This document shows, piece by piece, positions 38,826-53,388 of a DNA stretch of 64,000 nt. The stretch's first letter is position 1. Every line of letters begins with the position of its first letter. The stretch comes from Lama guanicoe. Lineage: Eukaryota. The stretch spans positions 3,024,084 to 3,088,083 of the forward strand of contig MU056050.1 in assembly GCA_013239625.1 (NCBI GenBank), in the 5' to 3' direction. A program made the translations under genes and the position numbers. A model generated the notes under the pieces. The model was not told the DNA's origin. It did not search any database and saw nothing but the letters and a program-made list of their open reading frames with translations.

Positions 38826-38956
38826 TTTGGTGTGGGGAGAGCAAGCACTCTTCCATCTCTCTTTTCTTTCCCTCTTTAAGAACTTTATTATCCTTTTTAT
38901 CTGAATCCCTTCTCAGTATTCTCATGCTGCCCTATTGGCTACTAAGAGATGTATGG

Positions 38957-39170
38957 ATCATTACTATATAGAAAATAGATAAACAACAAGGACCTACTGT
39001 ATAGCACAAGGAACTATATCCAATTTCTTGTAATAACATATAATGGGAAAGAATCTGAAAAGAAAAAAGGTATATATGTATATGTGTAACTGAATCACTT
39101 TGCTGTACACCTGAAAGTAACATTGTAAATAAACTATAATAATTTTTTTTAAAGACAAAAAAAAAAAAAA
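38957..39170 (+). mobile_element. 5'-truncated cetartiodactyl-type L1 3' end with poly(A)
   Basis: Near reverse complement of the 7049-7276 copy; near-TSD AGATGTATGG / AGATGTGTGG. Confidence 0.85.
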
Positions 39171-39819
39171 GATGTGTGGGCGTGCCACTGAGAACACAAG
39201 ACTGGGAATAAGAAGGTTCTAGTCCTCATTTCACCTCTTATTATCCATGTGACTTTGGACAAGTCTTAATGTTTCTAAGCTTTACTTTCACCAACTGCAA
39301 AATGGCAAAAGGTAGGAAAGGAAGGGGAGGAAGCAAGATTACTAGATGAGTTAATGTCTAAGATTTTGCCTGGATCCAACGTTCTTGGATTTTATGAGTG
39401 CTTCAGCTGTTAGAGGGAGAGTAGCAGAGGGAAAAAGAGGACAGGAGGATAAGCTGAAAAAGTCACGAGGTTTGCAGGAGTGGAATGAGCATGAGCTTTG
39501 GAATCAGACAGACCACGTTTGATGCCATGGCCCTAAGACACTATTTGAGTCATCCTGAGCAAATTACATTAGTCTCTGGGCTTTAATTTGCTTGTTTATT
39601 AACATGACGATAATACGCTGTATAGAGTTCTTGTCGTGATTAAAAGAGTTAGAACAATATCTGCAACAGCAGCCAGCAACAGGTTCTCAACACGTAACAG
39701 ATGTGAGAAAGAAGAGACAGAAGGGGAAGAGGAGGAGGAGAAGGAGGAAGGAAACAAGGAGGAAGGAGAAGGCAGGGAATGAGACAAGATGGTGGGCATT
39801 TTCATACTCTGGTAGATTT

Positions 39820-40730
39820 ATCTGATAACAAATATTGGTTGGGAGCTTATGATGTGCCAGGTACTGTTCCAGACACTGGCGATACAGCAGAGACCACAAC
39901 AGATGATCTCTACCTTGTGGAGCTTATATTCTGCTGTGTGTGTGTGTCTGTGGGGGTGTGGATATGGCAGACAGTAAATACATGAATGTGGAATATTTTA
40001 GGTGGTAATAACTGCTGTGATGAAACTTAAAGCAGAGTGAGGGGGACAGAGTGATGGAGCATGAGAAGTTGCTGCATTTTACATTTTACATAGGCTGGTC
40101 TCTCTAATAATGTATCAATTATCAATAATATTTCACTTGAACAGATACTAGAGGTGAGAGAGACTTGAAGCCATTTGGGAGAAAGGCAAAAGGAACAGTC
40201 AATAGAAAAGCCCACGGTACAGATGAATAATGAGGAGGACAGAGTCCCAACTACGTAGCTGGAGAAGAGTGAATGGCGGGGGTGGGGGCGGGGGGGAAGA
40301 GCAGGGAACAGGTGGTCTAGGGCCTTGTAAACCACAGTGAGGAGGTCAGTGTTTACTCTGAGTGAAATGGGAAGACAATGGAAGGTTCCGAGCAGAGAAG
40401 TGACATGATGTGACTTACAAAGGATCACTCTTGCTGCCGTGTTAAGAACAGACCCTATTGGGACAAGGTGGAAACAGAGAGAGACCAGTTAGAGGCTACT
40501 GCAATAATCCAAGCAAGAGATGATGGTGCCCTGGGACCAGGCTAGTGGCAGTGTAGGCGGTGAGAAGTGGTCAGATTCTGGATATATTTTGAGGATGGAG
40601 GCAATAAGATGTGCTGATGAACTGGATATGGATGTGAGAGAACAATGTCGACTCTAAAGTTTTTGGTGTAATGACCAGAATGGAATTGCATTTCCTGAGA
40701 TGGAGAAAACGATGCGGGTGGTAGGTATGG
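39820..40730 (-). mobile_element. L2 (L2a-like) fragment
   Basis: aacaaatattggttgggagcttatgatgtgccagg ... gagaagtggtcagattctggatatattttga. Confidence 0.82.
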
Positions 40731-43682
40731 GAAGATAAAGTACGTGTATGAATCAGTTGTGTAAGGAACCCAGGATCAGGTGCTCTGGGATTTTATTAGC
40801 AAAGCGTTCTTGTTAGTCTCACAAGGCAACCAGGGAATGTTGTCCTTAGTTTTAGCCTGGTTCTTGTAAAATTATTTTGGGAATAAGCTGCAGTCTTCCT
40901 CATGCGAGGGAAGTCCACATTCAGAGTTAATATACATCACTTTTCAGCTTTCCAAAGCCATAGTCATTATGTCTGAACTTCAGCTTTAACCAAATCAAAT
41001 GAAAACTAGTACAAGTTGAGGGGCTGCAACTTTGCTATTTGCTTACTCACAGCAATGCCTTACCATCGCTCCAGTAACTGCCTTAATTGCTTTCTGGAAA
41101 TAATCCTACCCCATCTGGTGGGATGTTTCTGAAGCATTAAGTGCTCCAAGAAAAAGAGCTTCTGTGCTTTACAGTAAGCGCACTGCCATCAGGAGCCTCA
41201 CTGACTGTTTTGTACTTCAGTTTGTGCTGCTTCCCAAAGAGCTGAATGGAAGGCTATTGTGTCATTTAAATCTAAAGAAGGCATTTGCACGCTGATGATG
41301 TTATCTCAAGTCCTAATTTGTGCAAACATTGATCTGCTTTGAGCAGAAAAGAAATCTCCATCCAGAAAGCAAAGACTGAGCTCAGATTAATAGTCAGGGG
41401 AAAGGACTAAAGCACCAGAAGAGTAAACTTTCCCCCTCATTTTAGGATGCTTTATCAGATTTTCTTTCCAGATTTATTTCTGCTCCAATGAAGAATATTC
41501 TTTTTGAGCTAAATCCAATTTGTATATAAAAAATACACGCCCATATTGATTTCACTCTGGTTTAAAATGGTATTTTTGCAGTGCAAAAATCTAATCAATA
41601 CAATCTTATGAGTTGGACTGGTAATGGTAAACATACTAACAGATATTTCATTTCATGGGGCCAAAGCTCTGGAAATTGATACTACTGAAAAGGATTACTC
41701 ATTCACCATTGGGTATAACTTTGTTTACCCAACCATGATATAGGTGTAAAGCAGAAATACAATTATGCTGTGGCCAACACACAAGGGGTTTTGAACAGTA
41801 GAACTTGCCTTCCCCATTCCCCTCTGAGGCCCATAGATCCTACAAGTTGGCAGATCAAATAAGGTATTGTGGGAAATCGTTTACAATAAATGAAAAACAG
41901 CTTAATCTGATAGGGTGGAAAATTAGACTGACATAGTTGTTGAAGAAATGAGTCTCCCAAGCCAAGACCAACTTTTTAAAAATTAAGCTTCTAGAGGAGA
42001 TGGATTTGCAGATCCTTGAACCAGTGCTGTTATTTCTTTTCTCACATGTATCTAAAGCATTTGGTTTTGAACAAGGCATGCTACAAGTGAAATCGTAAGA
42101 CAGTTGTTGCCAGGGGTTCAAATTGCAGCCAACAAGCCTTTAACATGCTTAATCAAAACCGTGGCAATACCAAAGGAGCTGCGTTTCATCTTTGCTAGTG
42201 GACTTGGAGTGGGGAAATGAAATTCATCACAAGATGTAACTCAGGCTTGCCTCTGTCTCGTGCTCACAACCATAACCCTCGGTTGCCCTCACTGGAATTA
42301 AGTAAGTATAGTAGAAACCTCAGCACAGAAGCACACAAAGGGTTGAGACTGGGAGAAATAACTCAGTTAGAGTAGAGGAAAAAGCAACATTGTCCCTAAG
42401 GATTATGACCCTTGAATACAAGATTGATGCTTAAAGCCAAGGAAGCATGAAGGTAAGGGAAACGTATGGCTATGACTATAAATATACAGTCACCATAAGA
42501 GGCAGATATTAAAAATTCAGATATAAATTTTACCCTGGAATCATACAAAGGCAGTCTAAGCAATGAAGATAATGCTGGTGAGTACCATGTTGTGACCACT
42601 GTGGGTGATCAGAAGATAACAATCAGTATTTCCTATCATCAACTTATGAGTGGGGGCTTTCTCACAGTAGCTTACAAGGCTTTCTAATTCTCTATCCCAA
42701 GTTAACATAGGCACATAATCATCCCCTTAGAGAAGAGATGGATAGCTATTTTTGTTTGATAATTGGGAAACAGAAGCCCAGAATAATTTGTCGAAAAACC
42801 AGTAGCAGTTTGATTGTATTGCTTTAAACCCTTTCAGGAAGCTGACAATGTGTAAGCTCTAAATATCATCTGATTCTGCCTATAGTGCAAAAATAGTTGA
42901 TAATTTGATAAAAATGAGTTGATAATTCAGAAATAAACAGGAAGAAGATTGTCTTCCATGACATACAAATTTATACAGTTTAGAAAATAGGTATTTGCTC
43001 TTTACCTCTGAACATATGAGGTTGTTATAAGAGAAACATGCATTTCAAAAGTCCAAATTTCCTTGGAATCTGTTTTGTAGTAATTAAGTGTCATAATATG
43101 GACAAGCTATAAATTCTACCTTAGTCTTTTGGTCTTTAACAAGCTTCGTAAAGTTTATTGCCATCTAAATTCTTTGATTACGACATAGCTTGCATTTTTT
43201 TCCTACTTAGTGTGCATAGTCAAATCTCAACAGGAAGTACTATTTCTTGGTCACACCTTAGTAAAATGAGTCTGCCAGATTTAGGTATACCAGTGGTTTG
43301 GAAAGGGACAACATTTCCTTTTCTATCAGGGAGGTACTAGGCACTTGGGAGAAAACATTTTGGAATTTGGTTTTTTGTCCTCCCCTTTGGAGAAATTTTC
43401 AGCATTATGTTGATTTGCAAACATTTATATTGGTTACAGTTTATAAAATAATATAATTAAATAATGACTCTTTCATATCTAATAAATCATTTTATCTCCT
43501 AAACAGTCTATGAAGCATGCAGCTTACTTATTTCTGCTTTTTTAAACAAGAGGAAATTGAGGCTCAAAGAAATGAATGATGTGACTGAAGTCACAGGATT
43601 GGTCAGCAGCAGAGCTAGAAGTAGATCTAGGACTCCTGACATTCAGCTCTTTCCATTATAGCAGTGGCTCTGAAAGGACACT

Positions 43683-44047
43683 TGTACTAGTCAGTATAGG
43701 GTAGATCAGGTAACAAATGAGCCCCCAGCTCTCAGTGGTTTGAAACAAAAGCTTATTTCTCATTCATGCTACATGTCCAATGTAGTTCAGAAGACAATGC
43801 TCTGATCACCACTTAGAATACTGCCATCACAACATGAGGTTTTTTTCTTTCAGGGTCTTCCAAGGCAGGATAAAAGAACCTGGAGAATTGTGCAGTGGCT
43901 CTTAAGTGCTCCCACTTGGAAATGTTACAGCTAACATGTGCTTGCATTTCACAGGGCAAAGCAAGTCATGTGATCACACCTAACTACGAAAGGTCCCTAT
44001 GTGAGAAAACACCTGGATTCTTAGTGAATGCTAATATGTCTACCACA
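43683..44047. mobile_element. Old MaLR LTR (MLT1K/L-like)
   Basis: gtaacaaatgagccccc...ctcagtggtttgaaac...ttatttctcattcatgctacatgtcca ... ggcaaagcaagtcatgtg. Confidence 0.6.
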
Positions 44048-46504
44048 ACACCTTTTGTTCAAATGAAATCTTACTTAGAGCTCCTATTTATATAAAACAG
44101 ATACAAAATGGTAAAGAGATCCAAACCTACTTAACTTTCCCTTGCCTCAGGATTTACTGAACACAACTCAAAAATCACTGCCCCAATATACATAGAAAGC
44201 AAACATATGAAGTACGAATCTTAATATTAAAGATGCGAAGACCAATAATCTCTTTCAGGGTCATGAGATAAAAATAGATGTTAGAATGGGAACAGATCAC
44301 AGAATGATCCATTCTTTGTCTCTTGTTTTACTCACTAGACTTTGGTTTTCCCACTGTGATACAGAAAATCCTCAAGAGTATTGTGACTTTTCATGTCACA
44401 ATGTATTAGGTGCACATAATGTTACCCATAAAGAATGCTAAGTCTCAAGTGCACAGCATGGTTTAGAAACTAATTTCTAAAGGAGGTACACATTTTTAGA
44501 TTCATTTTGAACTCCACAGTTGCCTCTTACCACTAAGCAACTTGCTTTGTATGCAAGAGTAAATGTTTTAATATAATATGCCTGTAAGTTTTCAGCCTTG
44601 CTGAATTTTAAAATATGATTTGTTCAGAAAACATTCTTTTATTGGGTTACAGCTGGAAGGAAAACGATCGCTTTGAATATGAGCAAGGTCATTCAGTGTC
44701 ACTAGTTTTTATGAAGAACAATTTCAATCAAGACCAAAAAAATCAAAGTGTATGTATATTTCAGGAATGATTGTTCAGGCATAGAATAAAAATGGTTAGA
44801 ACACTTGATGTCAAGGGGTGTGTGTGTGTGTGTGTGCGCGTGCGTGTGTGTGCTGGGGGAACTTCAAAACCATCTAGGGGGAGCTTTTTCAAGCTATACC
44901 CACTCTATCACACCCCTTCTGATAACTACTTCCAATTAAGAATCTATACTACAAAAAGTCACCCTTACTAAGAGGAGGAGCCTGTCACAGCATTCAGGTA
45001 AATTAGGTGGAATAAAAAAGTTGAAATCTACATGGTTGAAACAATATTCTGTACTGCAAACATATGTGACAATGATTTTCCTGGGAATTAAACCCAGAAT
45101 TCTCCTCCTTCCAGCAGTGTCATCCATCCATCCCCATCGGTGGTGATAAAAAGCATGCCAACATTTTTCACCCAACAGCAAATTCCCAAGAGAGAAGAGA
45201 TTTCTTATTGTGCTATGTGTTTGAAATGACAACTGATTACATAACTATACCCAGAATAAAGATATTTTTGTTCAAGGCCTATATTTTCCAAGTTGGGGAG
45301 GAGGAGGGAAAAGGAGGACCTATTAATCTATTCTTCGTTTCCTTTCTCGCTTCCTGCCTCTCTCTTACTCCCATCCATCCGTCTGTTCATCTACTCCCCT
45401 ATCTATCGTCCATCTATCCTGGCACATTCTCATATCAACTGTGCATTTACATATACATGCAAAGACTTTTCATGTATAACACGTATGCAGTTGATCATAC
45501 TAGAGATTAGCAAATCAATTTACTCGTCCTTCAACCCACTTTCTTTCCAGATCAGGAAAGAAAAGAAAATCCACCCTCCATCCTATTGACTAGATGTTAC
45601 CTTTCTTTGCCTTCTACATTCTATAAAACTGAGTGAAGGTCCTAGTTCAAAATCCCCTTTTGGTATTGAGTGAGAGGTACTATTTGAAATAAGATTGATA
45701 CAGAAAGATGCTGCCTGCTAAGACGATCAACAACTGACATTTGTATAGAACTTTATCCTTTGCAAAGCACTTTCTGATCCATTATCATAATGTCTTAAGT
45801 TATGTACATCACCTTAAACTTTCCCTGCTTCCCAGGCCTGAGGCATTATGAGAAAAAAATAGAAATGACCAGGGCAAGAAATGAAGTTGAGAAAAATCCG
45901 GGAAAGGGCCACGTGCTGATCCCAGTGTGCCTGATTTTAACATATATGTATGCCAAACTTATTATGAAAATAAAACATAGGAACAGAGTAGTATCTTACT
46001 TTCAACAAACCACTGAAAAAAACTAAGTGTCCTTGAAAATTCAGATAGAACCCAGGCACAGAGTGAAGAGATGGTGGGAAATGGGAGATCCAACTATAAT
46101 ATAGGTCAGGTGGTCATAAAGTATTTCATTCTTCAAATTATTCTTGTAACCTTTAAATCTGCTCATCTCATCCTCTATTTCATTTCACTGCCTGATAATA
46201 TCTCACCTGAATCACAAGAATCTTTTCCCCAATGCATTTTCTGTAGCACTAGATGGTTGGGCCTTAATACTAAAAACTCCTAGATACTATATCACCCTTA
46301 GACCTGGGCAATTAGGGTCTCCTTTGAGCCCAGTTTGAATAGCCCCATCTGGCCTTCCTACAGCCATACTCCTCCCTTGGGGCAAGAAGTTCGCTGGGCT
46401 AATATATATACCTACCTGGAGTTTGCATCTCCAATCCCTATTAGACCACTCCCTAGGCAGCTGGGAGCCTGGAATTCCCTGTTTATATGGCCTGAGCCTA
46501 TTTC

Positions 46505-46775
46505 CAGGGCTATGTAGGACTCTGCCTCGTAGGGAATGTATTGCCAATATACGCACTCCTAGGCTTGAGGGATGGCCAAAGGACAATTGTTTTCTGGGGG
46601 GTGAGGAGTCATGGTATATGGATAGGGCTTGGCTGGTGTAGCCAGGAACATCTGTCTGAAGCCCCTTGTGGAGTCAGGGCTGAGAGGAGAAGGGGATCTG
46701 GACACAGGCACGTCCCCATTTTTATCCTTGCTCTAGGCTCCACAAATGTTAGCACAAATTTTAGCGGTGGCCCTG
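46505..46775. mobile_element. Possible hAT-Tip100-like MITE
   Basis: Begins CAGGGC and ends GGTGGCCCTG, with a relatively GC-rich interior; no TSD seen. Confidence 0.35.
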
Positions 46776-48239
46776 TTTGCCCTATTATATTTGTAAAGAA
46801 TGAGGTCCTCTTTTGACAGCCTGGTGTGTGGAATCTCAAGGCAATCTAGAAAATTAGCCATGGTATAGATCATTGCACCTAAGAAGTTAATGTATCTACC
46901 TCCCAAGAAGCTCCATGCTATGCTTGCTGGCCCATGAAAACAATCTCCAATTCTTCTACTTCTAGGTCACGCATATAAAACAAGACTACATTAAAATGGG
47001 GCAGCTGCGCATGGGATGGCATACAGGAGGAAAGGAGCCAGGGCTTATTCAAGCTAGAAGGAAGGTAATCCAGATAGCATTTCAGACGTACTGAACAGTA
47101 ACCAGAAGGTAGAACTAAAGATAGAGACTAGGAGAAATTGAACACGCCTCAAACTGGAGGAAGTTTGGTTGAAGAGGTAAAAGTAGAAGAGGTTTAAATG
47201 TCGTAATTAAAGAAGTTTGAAGGAAAAAAACCAAGAATTAAGGTATGACATGGTCAAAGCTAAATGGTTCAGGATCTAAATCTATTAAAATCTGGGCACA
47301 AAGTGGAAAACTTTTTGTGTGTGTGTTCTGGTTTGCTTAGTGCACTGTGCCAAATTCCCCTATCTAGGAAGTGATGATAAAGGTATTTCCAAGAGCAACA
47401 CAGAGTCTGTTTGCCAGGAAAAAATCCCAAGATTTAATATTAGGCCAGCAACTATAAACTAACCAATGTTATGCCTAGAAGCCATCTTCTCTACTGTAGT
47501 CTCAATTCCTGTTTCTTTCACAAAAGGAAGAAGAAAGCAATTACTATTGATGATAATACAAAGATTTATATTTACTTTTTAAAAAATCTGTAGCACTGGG
47601 TATAGTACAATCAAAACAGCTGAGTAAATGTTGGTTGAAGTAGCATTTCATGCCTAGATCAGAGGTGTTTCTGCATGAAAGTGTCTTGGCTTCAAACCCT
47701 AAACTGAAAGGCTGTTGAAATTCAAATACACATTATTGATCAACTCAAGCATGATCTCAGTTATTAAATACCCTGTACAGAGGATGAACTGTACTCACTC
47801 AAGAAACTTAGTCTTTACTTGAGGCACTTCAAGAATTGGGTGAATGTGAGCAAGTCATTTATCTTCCCAGGGCTTTGGTTTCCTCATCTGTCTAATGGTA
47901 ATAATATTTCCTCACAGGGTTGTTGTGAGTAGCAAATGTAATAACGATTGGGAAAGTGTTTTGAAAAGTGCAATGCCACACAAAGGGAAGGTAGCGTTGT
48001 TTTTAGCCAAAATCTCTTACAAAAACTAACAACTCCTAGGAAGTAAGGCAGAAGAAGAATGATAATTCATAAATTACCCAACTGTTTTTTCTTAGTTTTT
48101 CTTTTTATTTTGGTTTTTAGTAGTGTCATATGTGCTATCACAACTACTTAAAACCTCTTTAATATGGATTAACTTCATGAAGTCTGGATCATTCTGTAGG
48201 GAAAAGATATTTATTGAGCACCTACTGGCACCATGTAAT

Positions 48240-48341
48240 AAATGTTTTTTCATGTTATGTCATTTAATCCTCAAATAAGTTGGCATTATTAAACGTTTTT
48301 ACATGCTATGTCATTTAATCCTCAAATAAGTTGGCATTATT
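48240..48341. repeat. Tandem duplication, 2 x 51 bp, within a MIR remnant
   Basis: AAAYGTTTTTWCATGYTATGTCATTTAATCCTCAAATAAGTTGGCATTATT twice, with 3 differences. Confidence 0.92.
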
Positions 48342-50899
48342 ATATTTCTCTAGGGATGAGGACACACATATTCCTTGCATCATTAGTTGCCAACACTCAG
48401 ATCTGAATCAGCTACTGGTGGATCACAAAATTAAACCATTTCAATGGAAATTACTTAGTGTATTCTTTTTAAAGCTTTGTCGCCATGATTAGGAAAGAAC
48501 TAAAAAATCGTCCTTGCTGTGACTTGCTAGACTTTGGACATGTCTCAGTGTTAGCATGGCACCCTCAGCTCAGTTATTTTGTTGGGTATCTTAACCGTCG
48601 AATTGACTGCATGTCTGTTCTGATCGATTTCACAGCAACTGGCTATTAATATGGCCTAAAGCCCCAAATCAACCACAAAATGGTCAATTCCAGGCTGTGT
48701 CTAGACTTCTTATATGAAGAAGATGCTGAGCATTTGTTTTCTGTGTCTAGAGAAGACTGAACAAAAGTTAACTGCCTTAAATGAAAATATGTGAAATACT
48801 AATTAGCTACGAGCAGAAGCAGAGGCAGCGAGCTTAATGTGTTGTTCTATCGGCACGGCAATCATCTGGGAAGCTTCTTAAACATGCTGATACCTGGTCC
48901 CCATCCCAGGCTTCCCGCATCAGAATCTCTGTGTGTGTGGGTGAGAGGGGGGAGTATACAAATCTCTATGTTCAAAAGGCACTCCAGTTATTAAATGAGC
49001 TTTAAGAAACATATTCAACAAGGGAGTGAGTCCTTATTGTAGGTGAGGGTGCTACAGTATGAACAGAATGCATGGCCTCTATGTACCAGCCCACATCGAG
49101 TGTGAATTCTATGAAGGGAGGAAATGGGTTTGGATTTTTTCACCATGGTATTTGCATCATGTAAGCACAGTGCCTGGGATAGAGTGAGTATTTGGTAAAT
49201 ACCTGTAGAATGAACCTGTGGAAGATCTTACATAGGAATTCAGATGAGAAAACAAAAGAAAAATACCTGCTCAAGACATTTCTATCTGAAGGAGGGAGAC
49301 TCTACTTTGAGAGTCCTCCTCCTTTTTGGCTCTGGTGCTAAGGAAAAAAGCAACAAGGGAAAGTGGGCTTTAGAAGAATCCTCAGAGACTCCCCAGTATA
49401 TGAAGTTCAGTTGTTAGGCTGTTCTAATTTTTAGACTTCTTTTTGATCATGCCAACGTTTTGAGCATCATTACTACCAAAGTTAATTAGGTTTCCTTCTT
49501 TTAAGTAGAAACTAAGGTGCTTAATATCTTGCCGTATGCCCTAAGAGGTATCACTGACTAGGTGTCACTAAATAGGAATGACAAGGGTGACTTGAGACGA
49601 AAGGCACTAAGGGATTTCTAATCATCCCTCCCTAATTTTCACACCTGACCAGATTGAACAGTGCCAAGTACGAGGATAATGGTATATGTGTAATACAGGC
49701 AGGCTTTCCAGAGAAGGTTTATTTTTGAGGTAACTGGAGCTGAAGCAGAGGGGAATTGAGAATTGACTGGATATAACACAAAGAGGAAAGGGGGCAGGGA
49801 AGAGGCAATATTTCTGACCCTCCTGCCAGTAATATCAAGCAGCAAATGATCAAGCAAAGGTTGGCAGGCTAGCCTCTGCCTTGTAGGTTGCCTCGTTGTA
49901 ACTCTAATACCTTTGACATATCCTATCTCTCAAATCAATGAATGACTGCATTAGGCCCTTCTGGTCGAGCTTGGACTGGTTCCAAGAACCGAGGGGTTTC
50001 CATCTTGCTGCCCTATGATTTTTACTTTAAACTCCTTGGGGACTTGAATTAAGCTTTTCTTCCTGTTACGATGATGATTTTTTTTTTTCCCAGAAAGGAA
50101 AACTAGTTCGCTAGTTAGTTTTCCCCCGAGTTCTTTTAGAGTCTGTAAGAAATACTGAGATTCTTGGACAATGTGATCTTCTCTATAAATTCACCAGAAG
50201 AGGCAAGAGGTGGTTGATGAAGTGAAAGTGAGGGTTAAATATTCAGGGAAAATAATACCTGGCCTCCATTCACTAACATATTCATCTTTAAGAACCTCCC
50301 CTACCCCTTCCTGTGTCATCACAAGAAAGTAAAACCTCTAAGTAAACATATAGAACCTAAGAACCATGAAAAATCTGTATATTTAAATCAGTAGCATTCA
50401 AACTTCTTTACCCTGCAGAATTACTCCTACTCTTGGGAATTCAATTCGACCCATCATTTTCTTACTTATTCAGAGAGATGCGGTAAGACTTTCATGACGC
50501 TCAGGCTGGGAATTTTTGGAATATATTGGTTTATCCATCCCACCCTTACTGATTGGTAACACTCCAAATTCTTAGGTGTGTTCGGCTACTTTCTAGACTT
50601 TCTATTCCATTTCACGATGTGTTTATTTAGGCATCAATACCTACTTGTTTTATTTACTTCAGTTTCAGAACACATTTTGACATCTGGTAGGGCAAATTAT
50701 CACTCATTACTCAGTAGAGTTTTATAATTTTGTTCACAGTTCTGCACAGTTTATATTATTTAATCCTAAGAATTTTTTTTGCTTCTGTAAGCATGATTTT
50801 TTCCCCTTACATTTTCTGTCTCCCCCTGTAACCCCTGTGGCTACCATCCTTTCTAACGTTGCCTAATCTTCCTAGTCTTTTTCCTTGTCAAATGCCACA

Positions 50900-51610
50900 A
50901 ACATCTATTTTAAACACTTGCCTCCATTTATATATTATATACAAGTTTCCTAATTTTTATTTATGTTGTCTTTATTACATGCCATTACAAGTAGTTAAAA
51001 ATACATTCTCATTGTAAAACTTTCGACTACAGATAAAACAATAATACATCTTGAGCCACCAGTCAGTTACTTCTCAAGAGGGTAACCACCAAAAACTCTA
51101 ATAAAAATTCTCTCTGGATATCCTTCTATGCATTAAATTAATAGAGATACATGACTAAATGGCATTTAACCTAAATGGTATAATATTGTATATATTTTTC
51201 TTGAACTGAGAAATATTTTCAAGACATATTGTAGTTCATTTAGAACTAATTCCTTTGGTATACAGCATACCCTACACAAAGTCTGGATATTCTATAGTTT
51301 AATCTTTACAAATGGACATTTAGATAGTTTCTATACTTTTTTCTATTATAAATAATGCCTCTTTGTGCACATGTGCCAGCATTTCTTTAGGATATTTCTT
51401 AGAAATAGAATTACTGGGATGAAGGCTATGTATATTTTAAATTTTGATAGATATTGATAAAAGACTGTAGCAATGAACACACCCACAAGGAGAGTAAGAG
51501 AACACTTGTTTCTAGACTCTTGACATATGTGAATGAAGAGTGAAAAAAGAAGTCTCTTTTTGATTTGTATTTCCCTGATTACGAGTGAATTAAGTATCTT
51601 CTCCAGTTGC
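50900..51610 (-). mobile_element. Old L1ME-like 3' fragment
   Basis: atggacatttagatagtttc ... cttagaaatagaattactggg ... gatttgtatttccctgattac. Confidence 0.7.
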
Positions 51611-53314
51611 TTTCCTAAAGACCATCAAGATGGGTTTGAACAGATTTCAGAATGGCCATAGTATAGTGTATAATGTTCAGAGGCCAGAGTTACACCATGC
51701 GCTCTGAGGACACAAAGCAAATGATGCAATCAAATGATTTGACATAACTTCACGACTACAATCAACTAAACCCTCTGCCTACAGGAGACTGCCCAGATTA
51801 TTCCTGAATCTTCATAGGCAGATGAGCAAATTGCTGTTCAAACCACCTAAAAAGGGAAGGCCACAATTTGCCATCACAAGCAATTCTGATTTTTAAATGA
51901 CCCTCTCCCCCTATGAAATTCCCTCACATGGCCAAACTTGATTTCTTTTGCTGCATTCTACTTCTGTCTTTTTACTCTATATTTTTATAGGGTTGGGAAC
52001 ACCTGGTCACTATGACCTATCTGAATGCTTTAAGTACTTGAAGACTATTACTAAGTCTCATAAAGTTTCTTTTCTCAAATGAACAGGGGCCTTAACCTGT
52101 CTTCAAGGATCTTTTTGTCCATGACTTTAAATTATGGTGCTTTCTATATTTCTAAATTCTGCAAGTCTCTAATACAGTAAAGAGTTAAGAAGAAAAAGAT
52201 ACCCCCAATCTAGTGAAAAATGCTGTGGATACTTTGGCAAATTTCCTTCCACTCTGTACTTCAATGCACTTTGTTGACATATCAGACACATCTTTTTTTA
52301 GCTTTACTTTTGGGCTTCCTATATCTTGAGCACTTTCTAATATAAATTAAAATTCTTTATAAACATTATAATGGCAACATGATATCCCCAAATGCACCCT
52401 ATTTTACTAATCATTCTGATACTATGGCACATTTAAGTGGTGGCTGATTTCCTTCTATTTTGAATAACAGAAATACTGTTTGGATTACCATTCTGTTTGT
52501 ATGTCCCATTTCCACAACATACAGGATTTAGCAAGTAGCAGGTGCTTAATAAAAGCCTGCTACCTTACACAGAGCCTCAATAAGTTATTTCCAGGACTGA
52601 ACTCATTCTTCTCATTTTATGGAAATTATTATTATATATGATCAAGGTTACAACCAAACAAAGTACAAAATAACACCAGTATGTCCCTGAAGAATAAGTA
52701 ATAGGAGTTACCTAGAAGAAGGGGATAGATTGTATCTTGTGACTCCACTTGAAAAGGAGTTGCTAGAAACCCAAGGAGACAGGAGAATAGAATAGAACAA
52801 AACTATAGGCACCTGTATTGACAGAGACTGGGTTCAATCCTTATGATAGGGAAATCCAGATAAAGTTGAGAAAGATTTCTTAAATCCTTCTCATGCAGGG
52901 ATAGCTGAAGATAAATGTTTTCAGCATGGAGATGTTTTACATTATTAAGTACCTGGCCCTGTGAAAAATACAGAAACCCTTTGGGCAAGTTAGCTTACAC
53001 CTGAAGCAGCGTGAATAAATGAAAGATCCAGAGAGGTGAGTATGCACTTGAGTTTATGTGTATTCTAATTTGGATTATTTAAAGACATACCCGCTATTTA
53101 ATTTTATCCTACTAACTTTTGAGTTACAGGTGGCAGGTTGGTTTTATTCCTATTTTTCAAATGCATGAGCTAAGAGCAATTAAGTAACTAGCTACATGTC
53201 TCAGAAATGACTTTTAGATCACTTTTATTTTCAGTGTACTGCTGGGATCAGAAAAAGGCCACTTCCCAGGTAATTAGAACTTCATTTTCCTCTGAAATCT
53301 AGTTTTATTGAAAA

Positions 53315-53388
53315 TATTAGGTTGAATCATATGAAACTATCACATTTATAGGTCGAATATCAGCAATTTCATACAGTTCAATCTAATA
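53315..53388. mobile_element. MADE2-like mariner MITE (palindromic)
   Basis: TATTAGGTTGAATCATATGAAA ... TTTCATACAGTTCAATCTAATA inverted termini. Confidence 0.85.
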
